64,000 nucleotides of DNA, from the NCBI GenBank assembly GCA_017539905.1, contig JAFYBZ010000014.1, forward strand, positions 184,312 to 248,311, in the 5' to 3' direction. Positions 20,970-30,075 of this stretch are shown here, piece by piece (positions within the stretch are counted from its first letter, which is position 1; each line of letters begins with the position of its first letter). This DNA is from Clostridia bacterium. Lineage in GTDB: Bacteria > Bacillota > Clostridia > TANB77 > UBA1234. Both the position numbers and the translations under genes were made by a program. The notes under the pieces were generated by a model. The model saw only the letters and a list, made by a program, of their open reading frames with translations. It did no database searches and had not been told where the DNA came from.

Positions 20970-20997
20970 GTGTTTTAGGGACAGGTCCAATATTTTC
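20970..20997. repeat. REP-like repeat copy 5 (GTGTTTTAGGGACAGGTCCAATATTTTC) in the 5' leader of the 20941 gene
   Basis: Read directly. Confidence 0.6.
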
Positions 20998-21004
20998 TAT
21001 TTTT

Positions 21005-21307
21005 CTACCCTATACTCTTCTCTATCGTTCTACACATTTTTCTTTGAACTTCTAGATTATTATCTAGCATATTATATATTCCGTCTTCAGATAGCACTCC
21101 ACGTTTTAAATCATTTGGAAGTTTTCCTTTTTCGTCAGCTTCAAAATCATCTTTCCATTCTTTACTAGAATAATATGTAGCAAGTGTATGTATTCCATCT
21201 TGTGCTTTGTTATATTCTTTTAATGCTTTCTGCAAATTTTTAATTGCAGTATTCGAAGCATTTAATAATTCTTCCATCTCTTCTATTCTTTTAATTCTAT
21301 TATTCAT
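21005..21307 (-). CDS. DUF4298-like small protein
   Basis: YYSSKEWKDDFEADEKGKLPNDLKRGVLSEDGIYNML matches my recollection of DUF4298. Start at MNNRIKRIEE after GGGAGAGAG. Confidence 0.55.
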   Translation of the reverse strand: MNNRIKRIEEMEELLNASNTAIKNLQKALKEYNKAQDGIHTLATYYSSKEWKDDFEADEKGKLPNDLKRGVLSEDGIYNMLDNNLEVQRKMCRTIEKSIG

Positions 21308-21320
21308 AATCTCTCTCCCT

Positions 21321-21350
21321 GATTTTTGGGACACTCACCAAAATCACATC
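21321..21350. repeat. REP-like repeat copy 6 (GATTTTTGGGACACTCACCAAAATCACATC), between promoter TTGTAA-17-TAAAAT and the RBS
   Basis: Read directly. Confidence 0.6.
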
Positions 21351-21455
21351 TTTCATCTATGTCTTATTGAATTATCCTATTTTACATGATATAATCCCAA
21401 ATTACAAGATAATGGTTAAACCAAATTAATTGAAATAATTAAGGAGGAATATGAC

Positions 21456-21692
21456 ATGGCAGTTAGAGTTGTTGCTAGAGAACGTTTTTGTCCGAATTGT
21501 CATGAGTGCATTGCATTTATTTCTGATGATGTAAAAAAAGTAATCAAAAAAGAACGTGTCTCTGTTTATGACTCAAATACTAGAAAAAACATCCCTATGA
21601 TTAAAGTGACCGAAGAATGGTATGTTACTTGTCCCACATGCCATAAACAGTTTAAGGCAGATGAATTCAATGGTGGTTATGTTCGAGCATAA
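21456..21692 (+). CDS. small zinc-ribbon protein (CPNCHEC...CPTCHKQF)
   Basis: AAGGAGGA RBS. Followed by a terminator hairpin (AGAAAGACAGGAAAT...TTTCCTGTCTTTCT). Confidence 0.55.
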   Translation: MAVRVVARERFCPNCHECIAFISDDVKKVIKKERVSVYDSNTRKNIPMIKVTEEWYVTCPTCHKQFKADEFNGGYVRA

Positions 21693-21760
21693 TAGAAAGA
21701 CAGGAATTTATTTCCTGTCTTTCTTTATTTTAGTGACACTTCATCAGATTGCCAAAATAA

Positions 21761-21928
21761 TTAAGATTCCATCGTCCCGTCACTACGATATAAGGTACCA
21801 TCTGCACCTTTATAACCATCGCCACATTCTTCAAGATAACCATTTTTAATTGCATCTTCAACTGCAGACTGATTACTAAAATTGCCTGCTTCATCCATGT
21901 CACAATAATATCTCATATATTCGCTCAT
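21761..21928 (-). CDS. small protein (55 aa) co-transcribed with the DHH gene, below the ORF-track cut-off
   Basis: AAGGAGG RBS then MSEYMRYYCDMDEAGNFSNQSAVEDAIKNGYLEECGDGYKGADGTLYRSDGTMES. Confidence 0.4.
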   Translation of the reverse strand: MSEYMRYYCDMDEAGNFSNQSAVEDAIKNGYLEECGDGYKGADGTLYRSDGTMES

Positions 21929-21940
21929 GGTTATACCTCC

Positions 21941-22969
21941 TTAATTGTTCTCGTCATATTTCTGATTAACGATGTACTGTAGAGCTTCTTTTTGGTCGTC
22001 AAATGAATCCATTTTTTCCCTTTGAGTTTTGCTGATCATTACCCTAGCAGAATTTTTGTGTCCTCCTCCATTCATTTTTGCTGTAATTCGGTTTAAGTCA
22101 CATACGCCATCAACCCTCCTAAATGATTTTTGTCCATACTTGCAAACGTCTAGCGAAACTATTATCACATAAGAAATCTCATAAGGCCTATGAGTCTTTC
22201 TTATATAATCCGGTATCTCATTTCTTAAAAAATAAGGTGCAAATAATACTGCTACTTTGTTATTATCTTTATCTACAAAATACTCAATGTTGTTTGTAGC
22301 TTTCTTTAATTCTTCTTTTGCTTTTTCTTCATGACGTTTTATTACTTCTTCATCACTTTTTGAAAACTTCAAGATCGGCTCATATAAAAGCTTCTTGTAA
22401 AAATTATTTATATACTCATTCTCTCCGATTTCATTTAAAAGATAAGAAAGCTTATGCGAGAAATCTCCAAAATCTCCTTTATCTCGCCAGTCCCACGTAT
22501 CATTTTGTCTTACGTGTTCAACGTAATCAAACATTTCACTCAAATCAAATACGAAGCTCTTCATATAAAGCCAACGATAAAAAAGTTCAGTCGCACAAGT
22601 GAATCTTTCATCTAATTTTTCCTGAACAAAACAAAAATCATAATTAGGTGCGCCTTCATCAATAGTCCTAATATGATGATCTATAATTACTACTTTTCTT
22701 CGAAGTTCCTTGGTGTTATTTATCCTTCCAAGGTTTTCTTTAAATACTGGAAGGTCTGTAATAAATACGGAATTATAATTATCTAATTTGTGAGTATTAA
22801 GATCTTCTTCAAGCTTCTTATTTAACTCCTCAGGATTTGCAAAAAGTTCATAATCGACATTTGGAAAAGCTATTATGGCAAGGATTGCACAGCTTACACC
22901 ATCAACGTCAGCACCATGAGTGTAAATTTTTGTCTTAATGATAGTATCAAACGTAGTTGGGTAATACAT
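21941..22969 (-). CDS. DHH/DHHA1-family phosphoesterase (NrnA-like)
   Basis: THGADVDGVSCA, VIIDHH and the C-terminal GGGH motif (MNGGGHKNSA). Confidence 0.7.
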   Translation of the reverse strand: MYYPTTFDTIIKTKIYTHGADVDGVSCAILAIIAFPNVDYELFANPEELNKKLEEDLNTHKLDNYNSVFITDLPVFKENLGRINNTKELRRKVVIIDHHIRTIDEGAPNYDFCFVQEKLDERFTCATELFYRWLYMKSFVFDLSEMFDYVEHVRQNDTWDWRDKGDFGDFSHKLSYLLNEIGENEYINNFYKKLLYEPILKFSKSDEEVIKRHEEKAKEELKKATNNIEYFVDKDNNKVAVLFAPYFLRNEIPDYIRKTHRPYEISYVIIVSLDVCKYGQKSFRRVDGVCDLNRITAKMNGGGHKNSARVMISKTQREKMDSFDDQKEALQYIVNQKYDENN

Positions 22970-23123
22970 AGACTCTTTCTCCTTTCATTTTTCTTAAGAC
23001 ATTCGAAAAATAGCTTTAATGATTTACTTTATACTTGAATTATATGCCCTTTTATGATATAAGTAAAATATGTAGTTTTTATATTAGTTATTTGTTTTAC
23101 TTATATTTAAAAGGAGATTTTTT

Positions 23124-24008
23124 ATGAATAATATTAGTTTTGAATTGTATAAAATTTTTTATGAGGTTGGAAAAACTAAAAACATCACAAAAGCCTCAAA
23201 CAACTTATTCATATCTCAGCCTGCCATCACCCATCAAATCAAAAAATTGGAAAGCGAATTAAATTGTACATTGTTTTATAGAACAAAATATGGCGTTGAA
23301 TTTACAAAAGAAGGCGAGGAAATTTTCAAAATAGTAGAAAATTCTATTTTATCTTTAGAAAACGTTCCAGACTCTTTATCGAAGATAAAAAATGTTTCTA
23401 ATAATATTAATTTTGCAAGTAGTTTTGGAAGCGCTAGAATCATCCTCTCTCCTGCAATTCCAAAGCTTATTAAAAAGTTTCCTGATGTTAATATTAAGTT
23501 AGATATTCTCACAAATGAGCAAATACTAGATAGCATTTTAAATAACTCTACTGACATTGGATTTATTAATAGAAATGACTTATTTAGAGAAAACATCTCT
23601 TATATTGAATGGACACAAGTTGAGAGAGTATTTGTAGCTTCAAAAGAATTTATTGAAAAAAATAAGATTAAAAAAATCACAAAAGAAAACATCACCAATT
23701 ATCCTTTTATTGCAACAGGTAAAAAGTCTGCAACAAGAATTTTATTAGATGAATTTTTATTAGAAAACAATATTTATATCACACCAAAATTAGACATAGA
23801 CTCTTTTGAAATGGCTTTAGATTTAATAGTGCAAGGACATGGCTTTGCTCTATTTAACAAGCCTTATGCAAAAGAATATTTAGAAAAAGGAAAATTAGTT
23901 GAGATTAAAAGCGATATAAAATTCCCAACAAGAACAATCTATTTAGCAGTGAATAAAAATAACGAGAATAATAAATTTATAAAAGATATCATCAAAATAA
24001 TTACTTGA
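23124..24008 (+). CDS. LysR-family transcriptional regulator
   Basis: N-terminal HTH KNITKASNNLFISQPAITHQIKKLE plus a substrate-binding domain of the right size. Divergent from the DHH operon. Confidence 0.8.
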   Translation: MNNISFELYKIFYEVGKTKNITKASNNLFISQPAITHQIKKLESELNCTLFYRTKYGVEFTKEGEEIFKIVENSILSLENVPDSLSKIKNVSNNINFASSFGSARIILSPAIPKLIKKFPDVNIKLDILTNEQILDSILNNSTDIGFINRNDLFRENISYIEWTQVERVFVASKEFIEKNKIKKITKENITNYPFIATGKKSATRILLDEFLLENNIYITPKLDIDSFEMALDLIVQGHGFALFNKPYAKEYLEKGKLVEIKSDIKFPTRTIYLAVNKNNENNKFIKDIIKIIT

Positions 24009-24163
24009 GTTTAATTGGTTCCAAGAATCTAAAATCGATTAAAAAGTGTTATATATTGTTGAATTTTATGTAAACCTATGGTATAATATTACTTGTGTTT
24101 AATCCAACTAAACCTATCTCCCAGTGAAGCATCAAAGTAAATCAACAATTAAGGAGGTTAAAG

Positions 24164-24388
24164 ATGAAGTATCTATGTACGAATTGTGGGGAAATTACTG
24201 AGTTGACAGACAAAATTGAAGTCTACGAAGCCCCCCAGGAAACAAATTATCCCTTTATTGGGCTGAAGCATGTATACAGGATTAAATATTTTCAGTGCCC
24301 AAGATGCATGGATCTTTGTGAGATTGAGAGGCAGCTTATAGAATCCTGGAAGGATGGCAAAAAGGTTGCCCTCGACACCCCACTTTAA
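24164..24388 (+). CDS. YgiT/MqsA-N-type zinc-finger small protein (family member B)
   Basis: CTNCGE...YPF..LKHVY...CPRC...IE. Paralogue of 27365 and 37169. Local GC is clearly higher than the surroundings. AAGGAGG RBS. Terminator hairpin follows. Confidence 0.55.
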   Translation: MKYLCTNCGEITELTDKIEVYEAPQETNYPFIGLKHVYRIKYFQCPRCMDLCEIERQLIESWKDGKKVALDTPL

Positions 24389-24454
24389 GACCTACAAAAC
24401 AAAAAAGGAACAATGATTTTTTCATTGTTCCTTTTTTTTATTCACTAATCACAA

Positions 24455-25171
24455 TTAATCACAGAATATTTGTCCATGTGAATCTATTTCAGCTCCTAAA
24501 TCATAGAATGTACTAGCATATCCATTGTCCCATACATCTACATGAACCTCTGCATCCATTATATAATAGTGATAACCTTTATCCACTACTTCTGCACCTT
24601 GGTATAATCTATTTATAATGGCTTTATTTGATTCAAAACACTCTCCATTTTGCGTTCCTTCTAATGCAAATAATGTTCCTTTATAAATTCCACAAGCATA
24701 TGCTCTTAAGATTCTATTATTCTCATCTAACTTAAATCCTAAGAATACTCTTCTTTGCTTTCCGTCACTTCTTTTAAGTGTAGTAAAATCGGTTGTATAA
24801 TTGTCAAGAACATCTCCAAAAGTTTTTATGCCATCTTTCTTTTGAAAGAATGCAAAAACAAGTCCTTCAGCAGATGGGTCAATTGTTGTTACAACAACAT
24901 CTTCCTCAGGTGGTCTATTTGGTTCATCTTCAAATTCAATAATTTCATCACCAAAAACTACAATTTCATCATCGTTATAATTATTATCTTGTTCAGATGT
25001 GTTTTCTTCTTCTATAACAGGTTGTGATGGTTCTTCAACTGGTTCTTGGTAATTTGGAGTTTCATTATTATTTACATCTCCGTTTGGAACCTTTCCTCTA
25101 TTACCGCCACCACAAGCAGTTAAGCCAATACAAGCAATGATAACAATAGCTAAAAGTAATAATTTTTTCAT
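24455..25171 (-). CDS. lipoprotein (lipobox LTACGG) with acidic Pro/Glu linker
   Basis: MKKLLLLAIVIIACIGLTACGGG. The N-terminal 60 aa are paralogous to 28286..29014. Confidence 0.6.
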   Translation of the reverse strand: MKKLLLLAIVIIACIGLTACGGGNRGKVPNGDVNNNETPNYQEPVEEPSQPVIEEENTSEQDNNYNDDEIVVFGDEIIEFEDEPNRPPEEDVVVTTIDPSAEGLVFAFFQKKDGIKTFGDVLDNYTTDFTTLKRSDGKQRRVFLGFKLDENNRILRAYACGIYKGTLFALEGTQNGECFESNKAIINRLYQGAEVVDKGYHYYIMDAEVHVDVWDNGYASTFYDLGAEIDSHGQIFCD

Positions 25172-25234
25172 TTTAAAATCCCCCTTTTATTTTAATTTTA
25201 TTCTTGATTAATACCTCCTACAATAATTCTAATC

Positions 25235-25266
25235 TACATTTTCTGGGGCACCTCCAAAAAATGTAG
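25235..25266. repeat. REP-like repeat copy 7 (CTACATTTTCTGGGGCACCTCCAAAAAATGTAG)
   Basis: 13-bp stem. Lies between the terminator and the promoter of the 25171 gene. Confidence 0.6.
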
Positions 25267-25268
25267 TA

Positions 25269-25290
25269 GCTCCCATCACAAGATGGGAGC
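25269..25290. terminator. terminator hairpin GCTCCCATC-acaa-GATGGGAGC followed by a T-run
   Basis: Read directly. Same stem sequence as the hairpin at 14940. Confidence 0.45.
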
Positions 25291-25296
25291 TTTTAA

Positions 25297-27075
25297 TTAT
25301 TTATTTAACAAATCATAAGTTGATATATAGCCATCAAATGACTTTTGAATCACCATACTACCACCATAAGCTCCTGACATACCGTCAGTTGAGTATGCTA
25401 GCACATCAACCCATAGTACTATATGCGTGTTATCATAATCTAGCTCTGGATATTTATCACTTTTTATTAATGAATGTATTCCTCCACTTGCTTGCTCAAT
25501 AATATCATTCTTCGCATAGGTTGCAACTATTCCTCTTTTCAATTTCTTGATATCTAACTTAAAGTTTCCATCTTCCATTTCGCTTATTATATCATCACTT
25601 TGCATCTTTGCACTTAACATACCAAATTCTCTTCTTGTTATCATATTGGTATCATGCGTACCATCACCTAAATCTAGGTATAAACTAATTTTTCCGCCTT
25701 CATAATCGTTTAATTTTCTACCAAATTTTACGATTATATCCTCTTTGTTTTTTAATCCATTAGTTAAATCAACGGTAACTTCCATACCATTCTCAATAAT
25801 CAAATTTGTATTAAAAGATTTTGAAGAAATAATTTCATCATTTTTTGATATTTCTACTACAATATCTATATTTAATCCATCAACGTTCTCAGATAATTCC
25901 TTTGCTTTATCATATATATCTTTTGCTTCTATCTCATAAGTTTTATTCTTGTAATTATCATTAAATAAAACTACTTCTTTATCTTGCGATTTAATAGATA
26001 TCTTTAATTTTTCATCATCTTCCAAATTTCTATCAAATCTGATTGTTTTTACGCTTTTTTCACTTGTAACATTAATAATATTTGATGATATTACTACTCC
26101 ATCAGAATTATTCTCTTTAAAAAATGTTTCATGTTCTTTAGTTACAAAATTTTGTCTAATGACTGTGAAAGCCCCTACATTAACTGCTTCTACAAAAACA
26201 ATGTCATTAGGTTGAAGTTCAAAATTATCATGATTTTTACTCATTGATGATTCAAAATTTACCAACTTATTTTCCGAATCTAACTCTGCATAGCACAAAT
26301 ATGAATAATTTGAATAAATATCATCTTTAGAATACGTTGTGGTTTTTCCATTGCTAACTATATCAAATGAGTCTCCATCTACAGAACTTACATATTTTTG
26401 GTTATCTAGTTTATTTGGTCCAATTCCATAAGGTGCAACAAATCCACCATTGCCTCCAGCTGCTGTTAAAAAAACAATTTCTCCAACCTCATGTTCTGGA
26501 AATATTGAAATATAATATTCATTTCCATTTACAGTGAAATATGTTTTATCATCAATAACATTTTTAGATTCAAGCATTCCAATAATATATGTAGAAGTAT
26601 CAAACTGATATATATATGTAACTTCTTGTTCTTCTCCATCAATAACATATTTTACTTTTATATTTAAATTACTATATGGATCATTTACTCCAACACCAGG
26701 TACTGTTGTAGGCAAATCTATTTGTTGTGGCTCATCATTATCAAACCAATACCATGCTTCTTTAATCATATCATATGGAATATTAAGTGAAACTCCAAAG
26801 TCACTATATGAAAATACCATTTTCTTCTCATTAGTAGATAATTGAGTGCCAGCACAAATAACATCAACTATTTCTCCACCATTTTTGATATATTCTGCAT
26901 AATCAATAGGATCAATCCAATCTTCATATCCTTCAAATTCTTTATGTTCTTCTAATCCCTCGGTATTCTCGTACTCAGTAGTAGCTTTATTCTTGTTGAT
27001 ATTATATACTGTAATACCAACAGCACAAACTACAAGAATGACAACAATCAATGATAAAATTAGTACTTTTTTCAT
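25297..27075 (-). CDS. membrane-anchored large extracellular hypothetical protein (592 aa)
   Basis: One N-terminal transmembrane segment, then a long hydrophilic domain. Confidence 0.55.
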   Translation of the reverse strand: MKKVLILSLIVVILVVCAVGITVYNINKNKATTEYENTEGLEEHKEFEGYEDWIDPIDYAEYIKNGGEIVDVICAGTQLSTNEKKMVFSYSDFGVSLNIPYDMIKEAWYWFDNDEPQQIDLPTTVPGVGVNDPYSNLNIKVKYVIDGEEQEVTYIYQFDTSTYIIGMLESKNVIDDKTYFTVNGNEYYISIFPEHEVGEIVFLTAAGGNGGFVAPYGIGPNKLDNQKYVSSVDGDSFDIVSNGKTTTYSKDDIYSNYSYLCYAELDSENKLVNFESSMSKNHDNFELQPNDIVFVEAVNVGAFTVIRQNFVTKEHETFFKENNSDGVVISSNIINVTSEKSVKTIRFDRNLEDDEKLKISIKSQDKEVVLFNDNYKNKTYEIEAKDIYDKAKELSENVDGLNIDIVVEISKNDEIISSKSFNTNLIIENGMEVTVDLTNGLKNKEDIIVKFGRKLNDYEGGKISLYLDLGDGTHDTNMITRREFGMLSAKMQSDDIISEMEDGNFKLDIKKLKRGIVATYAKNDIIEQASGGIHSLIKSDKYPELDYDNTHIVLWVDVLAYSTDGMSGAYGGSMVIQKSFDGYISTYDLLNK

Positions 27076-27160
27076 AATGATTCTCCCTTAAAATAATTTT
27101 GTACATCCAAAAATTATTGTATCATTATCTCAATTTCATTTCAACTTTGCATTCTTTGGT

Positions 27161-27275
27161 GCATTTTTGGGACACATCCAAAAAACCATCTTTTCCTGTC
27201 TTTTGGGAACACGTTCAAAAACCCAAAAAAGTTGGAAAAAAGTAAGTGTCCCCAAAAAGCATCCCCAAAAAGCAC
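27161..27275. repeat. compound REP-like array copy 8: three GGGACA/TGTCCC units plus a CCAAC spacer module
   Basis: gcatttttgggacacatccaaaaaacc...cttttgggaacacgttcaaaaac...gttggaaaaaagtaagtgtccccaaaaagcatccccaaaaagcac. Confidence 0.6.
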
Positions 27276-27364
27276 AATTGACAATATGTAAACTCGTGGT
27301 ATAATTGCCTCAAAAGTAAATCTTGAGATTTCTCTTTTAAATAATTTTCAAAGGAGGCGCTAAA

Positions 27365-27616
27365 ATGGAACGGACTAAAACTTGCCCACATTGCAAACAA
27401 GATGTGACCTACACCGATAAAGACATCATCAAAAAATGTGAGTTTGAAAAACCTGTTCCCTTCTGCCGTATTCTCAATGTTTATTGGGATGTTCTCGTTA
27501 AGTGCCCCAACTGTGGAGAGTCTTTCATTGAAAAAGATATTTACATGAATGACGTGATCTATCACGGAAATGCTCACCACACTCCCAAGCCCCGGGTACC
27601 ATTAACTGAAGACTAA
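27365..27616 (+). CDS. YgiT/MqsA-N-type zinc-finger small protein (family member C)
   Basis: CPHCKQDVTYTDKD...PF...NVY..V..CPNCGESFIEKD. RBS AAAGGAGG. Confidence 0.55.
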   Translation: MERTKTCPHCKQDVTYTDKDIIKKCEFEKPVPFCRILNVYWDVLVKCPNCGESFIEKDIYMNDVIYHGNAHHTPKPRVPLTED

Positions 27617-27620
27617 ATTA

Positions 27621-27662
27621 AAAGATGCTTTTTTGGGACACGTCCAAAAAAGCATCTTTTTT
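27621..27662. repeat. REP-like repeat copy 9 acting as terminator-like hairpin (AAAAGATGCTTTTTTGGGACACGTCCAAAAAAGCATCTTTTTT)
   Basis: 19-bp near-perfect inverted arms plus a T-run. One mismatch from copy 22 at 60737. Confidence 0.65.
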
Positions 27663-28245
27663 ATTCATCTTTTTCTCCTAATACAATATCACAAATTGTT
27701 TTATATTTTTCTCTAAACTCTTCTTTTGTTCTATCACTCAAATCATCAAAATCTTTTTCAAAACAATCCTTTATCCAAGTTCGAGCTTCATTTAGACCCA
27801 AGTGATTTCTATTAAATGCAGAATTAAATAACATTGAAATATTATCAAAATGTGCTAATACATCAGCATCTGCTACACATATTTCTTCAATCGTCTCGGC
27901 ATTTTTGCTACTTCTATGATGTAAAACACATTTTAATACTCTCTCTTTTTTATCTTCTGGATAATCAAAATTTTCTAATACTTTACGTGCCAAAATCTCT
28001 CCATTTATGTGATGATCTTTTCTATCACCAACTTTTTTAACAAGTGCAATATCATGAAGTAGTGCACCAAGTTCCACTATCTCTCTATCGGCATTATATT
28101 TATCTGCAAGTTTAATTGATTCTTCATAAACATATTTAATGTGCTCATTCCAATAATCATATTTATCTTCAGCTTGCGATTTATAGTCTTCACTTGCATC
28201 TATTATTATCTTTTTTACTTCTTCAATTATAAGCAACTCTTCCAC
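27661..28245 (-). CDS. HD-domain phosphohydrolase
   Basis: LGALLHDIALVK...H...DADVLAH. Confidence 0.65.
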   Translation of the reverse strand: MEELLIIEEVKKIIIDASEDYKSQAEDKYDYWNEHIKYVYEESIKLADKYNADREIVELGALLHDIALVKKVGDRKDHHINGEILARKVLENFDYPEDKKERVLKCVLHHRSSKNAETIEEICVADADVLAHFDNISMLFNSAFNRNHLGLNEARTWIKDCFEKDFDDLSDRTKEEFREKYKTICDIVLGEKDE

Positions 28246-28258
28246 TTCCTCTTTTTAC

Positions 28259-28286
28259 TTTTTTTAGGACACGTCCAAGAGTCATC
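28259..28286. repeat. degenerate REP-like copy 10 (TTTTTTAGGACACGTCCAAGAGTCATC)
   Basis: Core GGACACGTCC is retained. Confidence 0.45.
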
Positions 28287-29014
28287 TAATTTGGCAATTC
28301 ATGTGGAAAACTTGCCCCCACACTTGTATCAAATTTTGTTAAGTACCACGCTTGAGCTATATTTTCATATTTAATATTAAATCCTAATTGCTTTGAATAA
28401 TAAACTGTATATTCCGTGCCATTGTAATCTACTAATGTTCCTTTTACTGTATCAACATCGCCAAGACCTTCTACAAATATTGTTTCATGTTCATCTGTAT
28501 AATCTTCTTGAATTACATATTGTCTACCCATGCCAAATGTTTGTGGACTTGATGGATAGTTTCCATGGAAATAATGTTCTTTCCAACCTGTGTCTAAATA
28601 ATGAACATAAGAATCCCATTTATAATCGCCTTTATATTTATAGTAAAAATAATAATTATCTAACCAATATGATTCGCTTTTTGGACGAGCTCCATTTTCC
28701 CATCCTTCGCTTCCAATCATTACATCGTTTCCTCTTTTATATTCTTCATATAAAGAATAATTTGGTGCATTTTTCTCTTCAACTTTCCAATACATATCTA
28801 CATTTTCTGGCAAGCTCATCCAAACCTTGGCTGCTTTCTCTTCTAATGTAAGTGGCTTTGATGTATCTTCTACCGGCTCTTGATTATTTTCTGTTTCTAC
28901 ATTATTTACATCTGCATTTTGAACTTTGCCACCTTTGCCTCCATTGCCAATACCACAAGCAGTTAAACAAACACAAGCAATGATAACAACTGCTAAAAGA
29001 AATAATTTCTTCAT
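28286..29014 (-). CDS. lipoprotein (lipobox LTACG), paralogous leader and linker to 24455..25171
   Basis: Start re-called at MKKLFLLAVVIIACVCLTACG after GGGGGA. Tyr/Trp-rich C-terminal domain. Confidence 0.6.
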   Translation of the reverse strand: MKKLFLLAVVIIACVCLTACGIGNGGKGGKVQNADVNNVETENNQEPVEDTSKPLTLEEKAAKVWMSLPENVDMYWKVEEKNAPNYSLYEEYKRGNDVMIGSEGWENGARPKSESYWLDNYYFYYKYKGDYKWDSYVHYLDTGWKEHYFHGNYPSSPQTFGMGRQYVIQEDYTDEHETIFVEGLGDVDTVKGTLVDYNGTEYTVYYSKQLGFNIKYENIAQAWYLTKFDTSVGASFPHELPN

Positions 29015-29048
29015 ATAAAATCCCCCTTTTTTATGTTGTGCAATTTTT

Positions 29049-29070
29049 GACATGTCCCTAAAAATCACAC
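29049..29070. repeat. REP-like half-site copy 11 (GACATGTCCCTAAAAATCACAC)
   Basis: Matches the right half of full copies (GTGTCCCAAAAATCAC). Confidence 0.3.
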
Positions 29071-29301
29071 TTGAGATAATACTAATAATACTCCACCTAT
29101 TATTAATACTATTACTGCAATTACAAGAATGATTGAACCAATCACTCTAAGCTGATCTTTACTAGCATTTTTAGCACTCACCCATGCACGTCCAAATATA
29201 AATTGATTTTTATGACCAGTAAAAATATATATTCCTGCTAAAGCAAGTAATATTCCAAATATAAATAATAACGTTCCTAATCCAATAAAATCTTCCTGCA
29301 T
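29065..29301 (-). CDS. small membrane protein (two transmembrane segments)
   Basis: Hydrophobic 78-aa ORF within the operon. Confidence 0.5.
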   Translation of the reverse strand: MQEDFIGLGTLLFIFGILLALAGIYIFTGHKNQFIFGRAWVSAKNASKDQLRVIGSIILVIAVIVLIIGGVLLVLSQV

Positions 29302-29321
29302 AGCATCATTCCCCTTATTAT

Positions 29322-30041
29322 TTACTCTTCAAACAATACCTTTTGCATTCCATATGGATTATTTAAAAAGTCTTTATATATTTGATACACTTCAGTATCT
29401 TCATATTTAATTTCTTTCATTCCATTATTCATATCAATTATTTTTCCATGCATATACGATAATAATATTGGTGAATGTGTTGCTATTATAAACTGAGATC
29501 CTTTCTTAGCAAGATCATGAATATGACAAAGTAATATCATTTGTCTTTGCGGTGAAAGTGCTGCTTCTGGCTCATCTAAAATATATAATCCTTTATTCCA
29601 AAACCTATTTTCTACAAGCTTCATAAAAGATTCTCCATGTGAGCATTCGTGCAAATCTCCTCCGTACTGAAAACTTAAGTCTCCACTATTACTAATTTCT
29701 GTTGCAACATTGAAAAATGATTCTGCTCTCAAAAAGAATTTTGTCTTTGGCATCCCAAATTTACTGATTATTAAATACTTATAAAGTTCCGAATAATCAT
29801 CATAATTTGAAAAATTCATATTGTTGCTTCCACCTTCAGGATTTAATCCCAAAGCTATTGCAATTGCTTCAACCAATGTTGACTTACCTACTCCATTCTC
29901 ACCATAAAAAAGCGTAACTGGGTTTGTTATTTCAAGCTCATCAAATTTTTTAAGGCATTTAATATTAAAAGGATATTTTTTACTAGATATTTTTTCTCTA
30001 TTCAGTTTAATTCGTTTTATAAATAACTCGTTCATTTTCAC
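29322..30041 (-). CDS. short ABC/AAA_21-type ATPase
   Basis: Walker A GENGVGKST, signature/D-loop LDEPEAALSP, H-loop ATHSP. Confidence 0.7.
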   Translation of the reverse strand: MKMNELFIKRIKLNREKISSKKYPFNIKCLKKFDELEITNPVTLFYGENGVGKSTLVEAIAIALGLNPEGGSNNMNFSNYDDYSELYKYLIISKFGMPKTKFFLRAESFFNVATEISNSGDLSFQYGGDLHECSHGESFMKLVENRFWNKGLYILDEPEAALSPQRQMILLCHIHDLAKKGSQFIIATHSPILLSYMHGKIIDMNNGMKEIKYEDTEVYQIYKDFLNNPYGMQKVLFEE

Positions 30042-30075
30042 CAGTCTTCAAATACAGATTCTCAAATAATTATCT

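Noticed and set aside
21622-21849. 75-aa plus-strand ORF downstream of the 21456 zinc-ribbon gene
   Set aside because: No RBS. It overlaps the better-supported minus-strand small gene 21761..21928, which has a strong AAGGAGG RBS.
27215-27580. 121-aa minus-strand ORF
   Set aside because: It overlaps the well-supported plus-strand zinc-finger gene 27365..27616 and is partly a translation of repeat array 8.
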